The notes under the pieces are model-generated. The model made no database searches. It saw only the letters and a list, made by a program, of their open reading frames with translations, and was not told where the DNA came from. The translations under genes were made by a program, and so were the position numbers. A stretch of 64,000 nucleotides of DNA from Octopus sinensis (taxonomy: Eukaryota): assembly GCF_006345805.1 (NCBI RefSeq), contig NC_043000.1:30814001-30878000 (forward strand), read 5' to 3'. This document shows, piece by piece, positions 63,151-64,000 of this stretch. The stretch's first letter is position 1; every line of letters starts with the position of its first letter.

Positions 63151-63457
63151 ATATGTATATATATATATATATATATATTTGTGTGAGTGTGTTAATATCT
63201 GTGTATATGTGAGACCAACACCATCTTTTAATGTCCATTTTCTAAGTTAGCATGGGTAGGATGGTTCAGCAAGATCTGGTAAGCTACAGGGTTGTGTTGA
63301 GCTCTGATGTCAGCTTTGGCATGGTTTCTATGCCCTTCCTAATGCTAACCAATATATATGAGAAGCAGAAGCAAAAAGAAAGAGATTTGCCAATGTGAGA
63401 AGCAAAAAGGAAGAGGTTTACCAATATTCTACAGTATGAGGTGTTCTGGAATGCAAG

Positions 63458-63655
63458 ATATTCTTTTCTACTCTAGGCACAAGGTGCAAAATTTTGGGGG
63501 AGGGAGCCAATCGATTAGATCAACCCCAGTATGCAACTGGTACTTAATTTATCGACCTCAAAAGGATGAAAGGCAAAGTCAACCTCGGCGGAATTTGAAC
63601 TCAAAACAGATAAAATACTACTAAGTATTTCGACCTGTGTGCTAACGTTTTTGCT
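63458..63655 (-). mobile_element. SINE family A
   Basis: Homology. Confidence 0.85.
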
Positions 63656-63689
63656 AGGTTGCTGCTCTGGAATACAAATTATTGCATCA

Positions 63690-64000
63690 GAGAAAGTATG
63701 GATGCATCCAGATTCTTTTCTATTCACCTTCCTGCTGGAAAATGGTTTGTTATGCACAAATCCAGCTCCTAACATACTTGCAGCAACAACAAGCCATTGC
63801 ACTTTTCAACTCCATGTTTTCTAATTACATCCCCATTTGGTAATTCTTGCCAACTTTAGCACTGAAGTCATCAAATATGAGGACTCAAAAGCACAAAGAA
63901 TTTTGCTCACAAACTCCTTTAGTGAAAGATAAAATGATGGTGCTTTCAGCCTAGAAATTATGAAATTCTTTACCCCACATGCTACACCAGCACCCTTCTA
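63690..64000 (-). mobile_element. RTE-clade LINE APE endonuclease remnant
   Basis: DDFSAKVG..VIRKHGVEKCNG..LCITN.F..WMHP fits GDFNAKVG..IGKHG..N.NG..TWMHP. Confidence 0.78.

Overview
This is eukaryotic, AT-rich, microsatellite-dense DNA. Its SINE families and repeat style point to a cephalopod, probably Octopus (inferred, not verified). I found no intact protein-coding gene; almost all listed ORFs are microsatellite translations or transposon remnants. Recognisable content includes many tRNA-derived SINEs, two internally deleted mariners, a near full-length degenerate Chapaev3-like transposon with TTA target duplication, and piggyBac, hAT, Helitron, Gypsy, CR1, RTE, R4/Dong and Penelope-like (PLE) remnants, plus several foldback MITEs. 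The most interesting signal is a set of minimal type I hammerhead ribozyme motifs tied to PLE-like termini. Three have intact catalytic cores (15623-15679 +, 18044-18138 -, 22562-22655 -), and the last two differ by a compensatory base-pair change in an unusually long stem II. About eight more are degenerate or variant, several with an extra nucleotide between A9 and stem II. PLE hammerheads are a known class, so novelty would lie in these variants, and activity is untested. Other notable items are a local inverted templated insertion, a Helitron cleanly splitting a hAT transposase, and a MITE with 8-bp TSD and internal telomere-like repeats. All translations and folds were done by eye, and many element boundaries are approximate.
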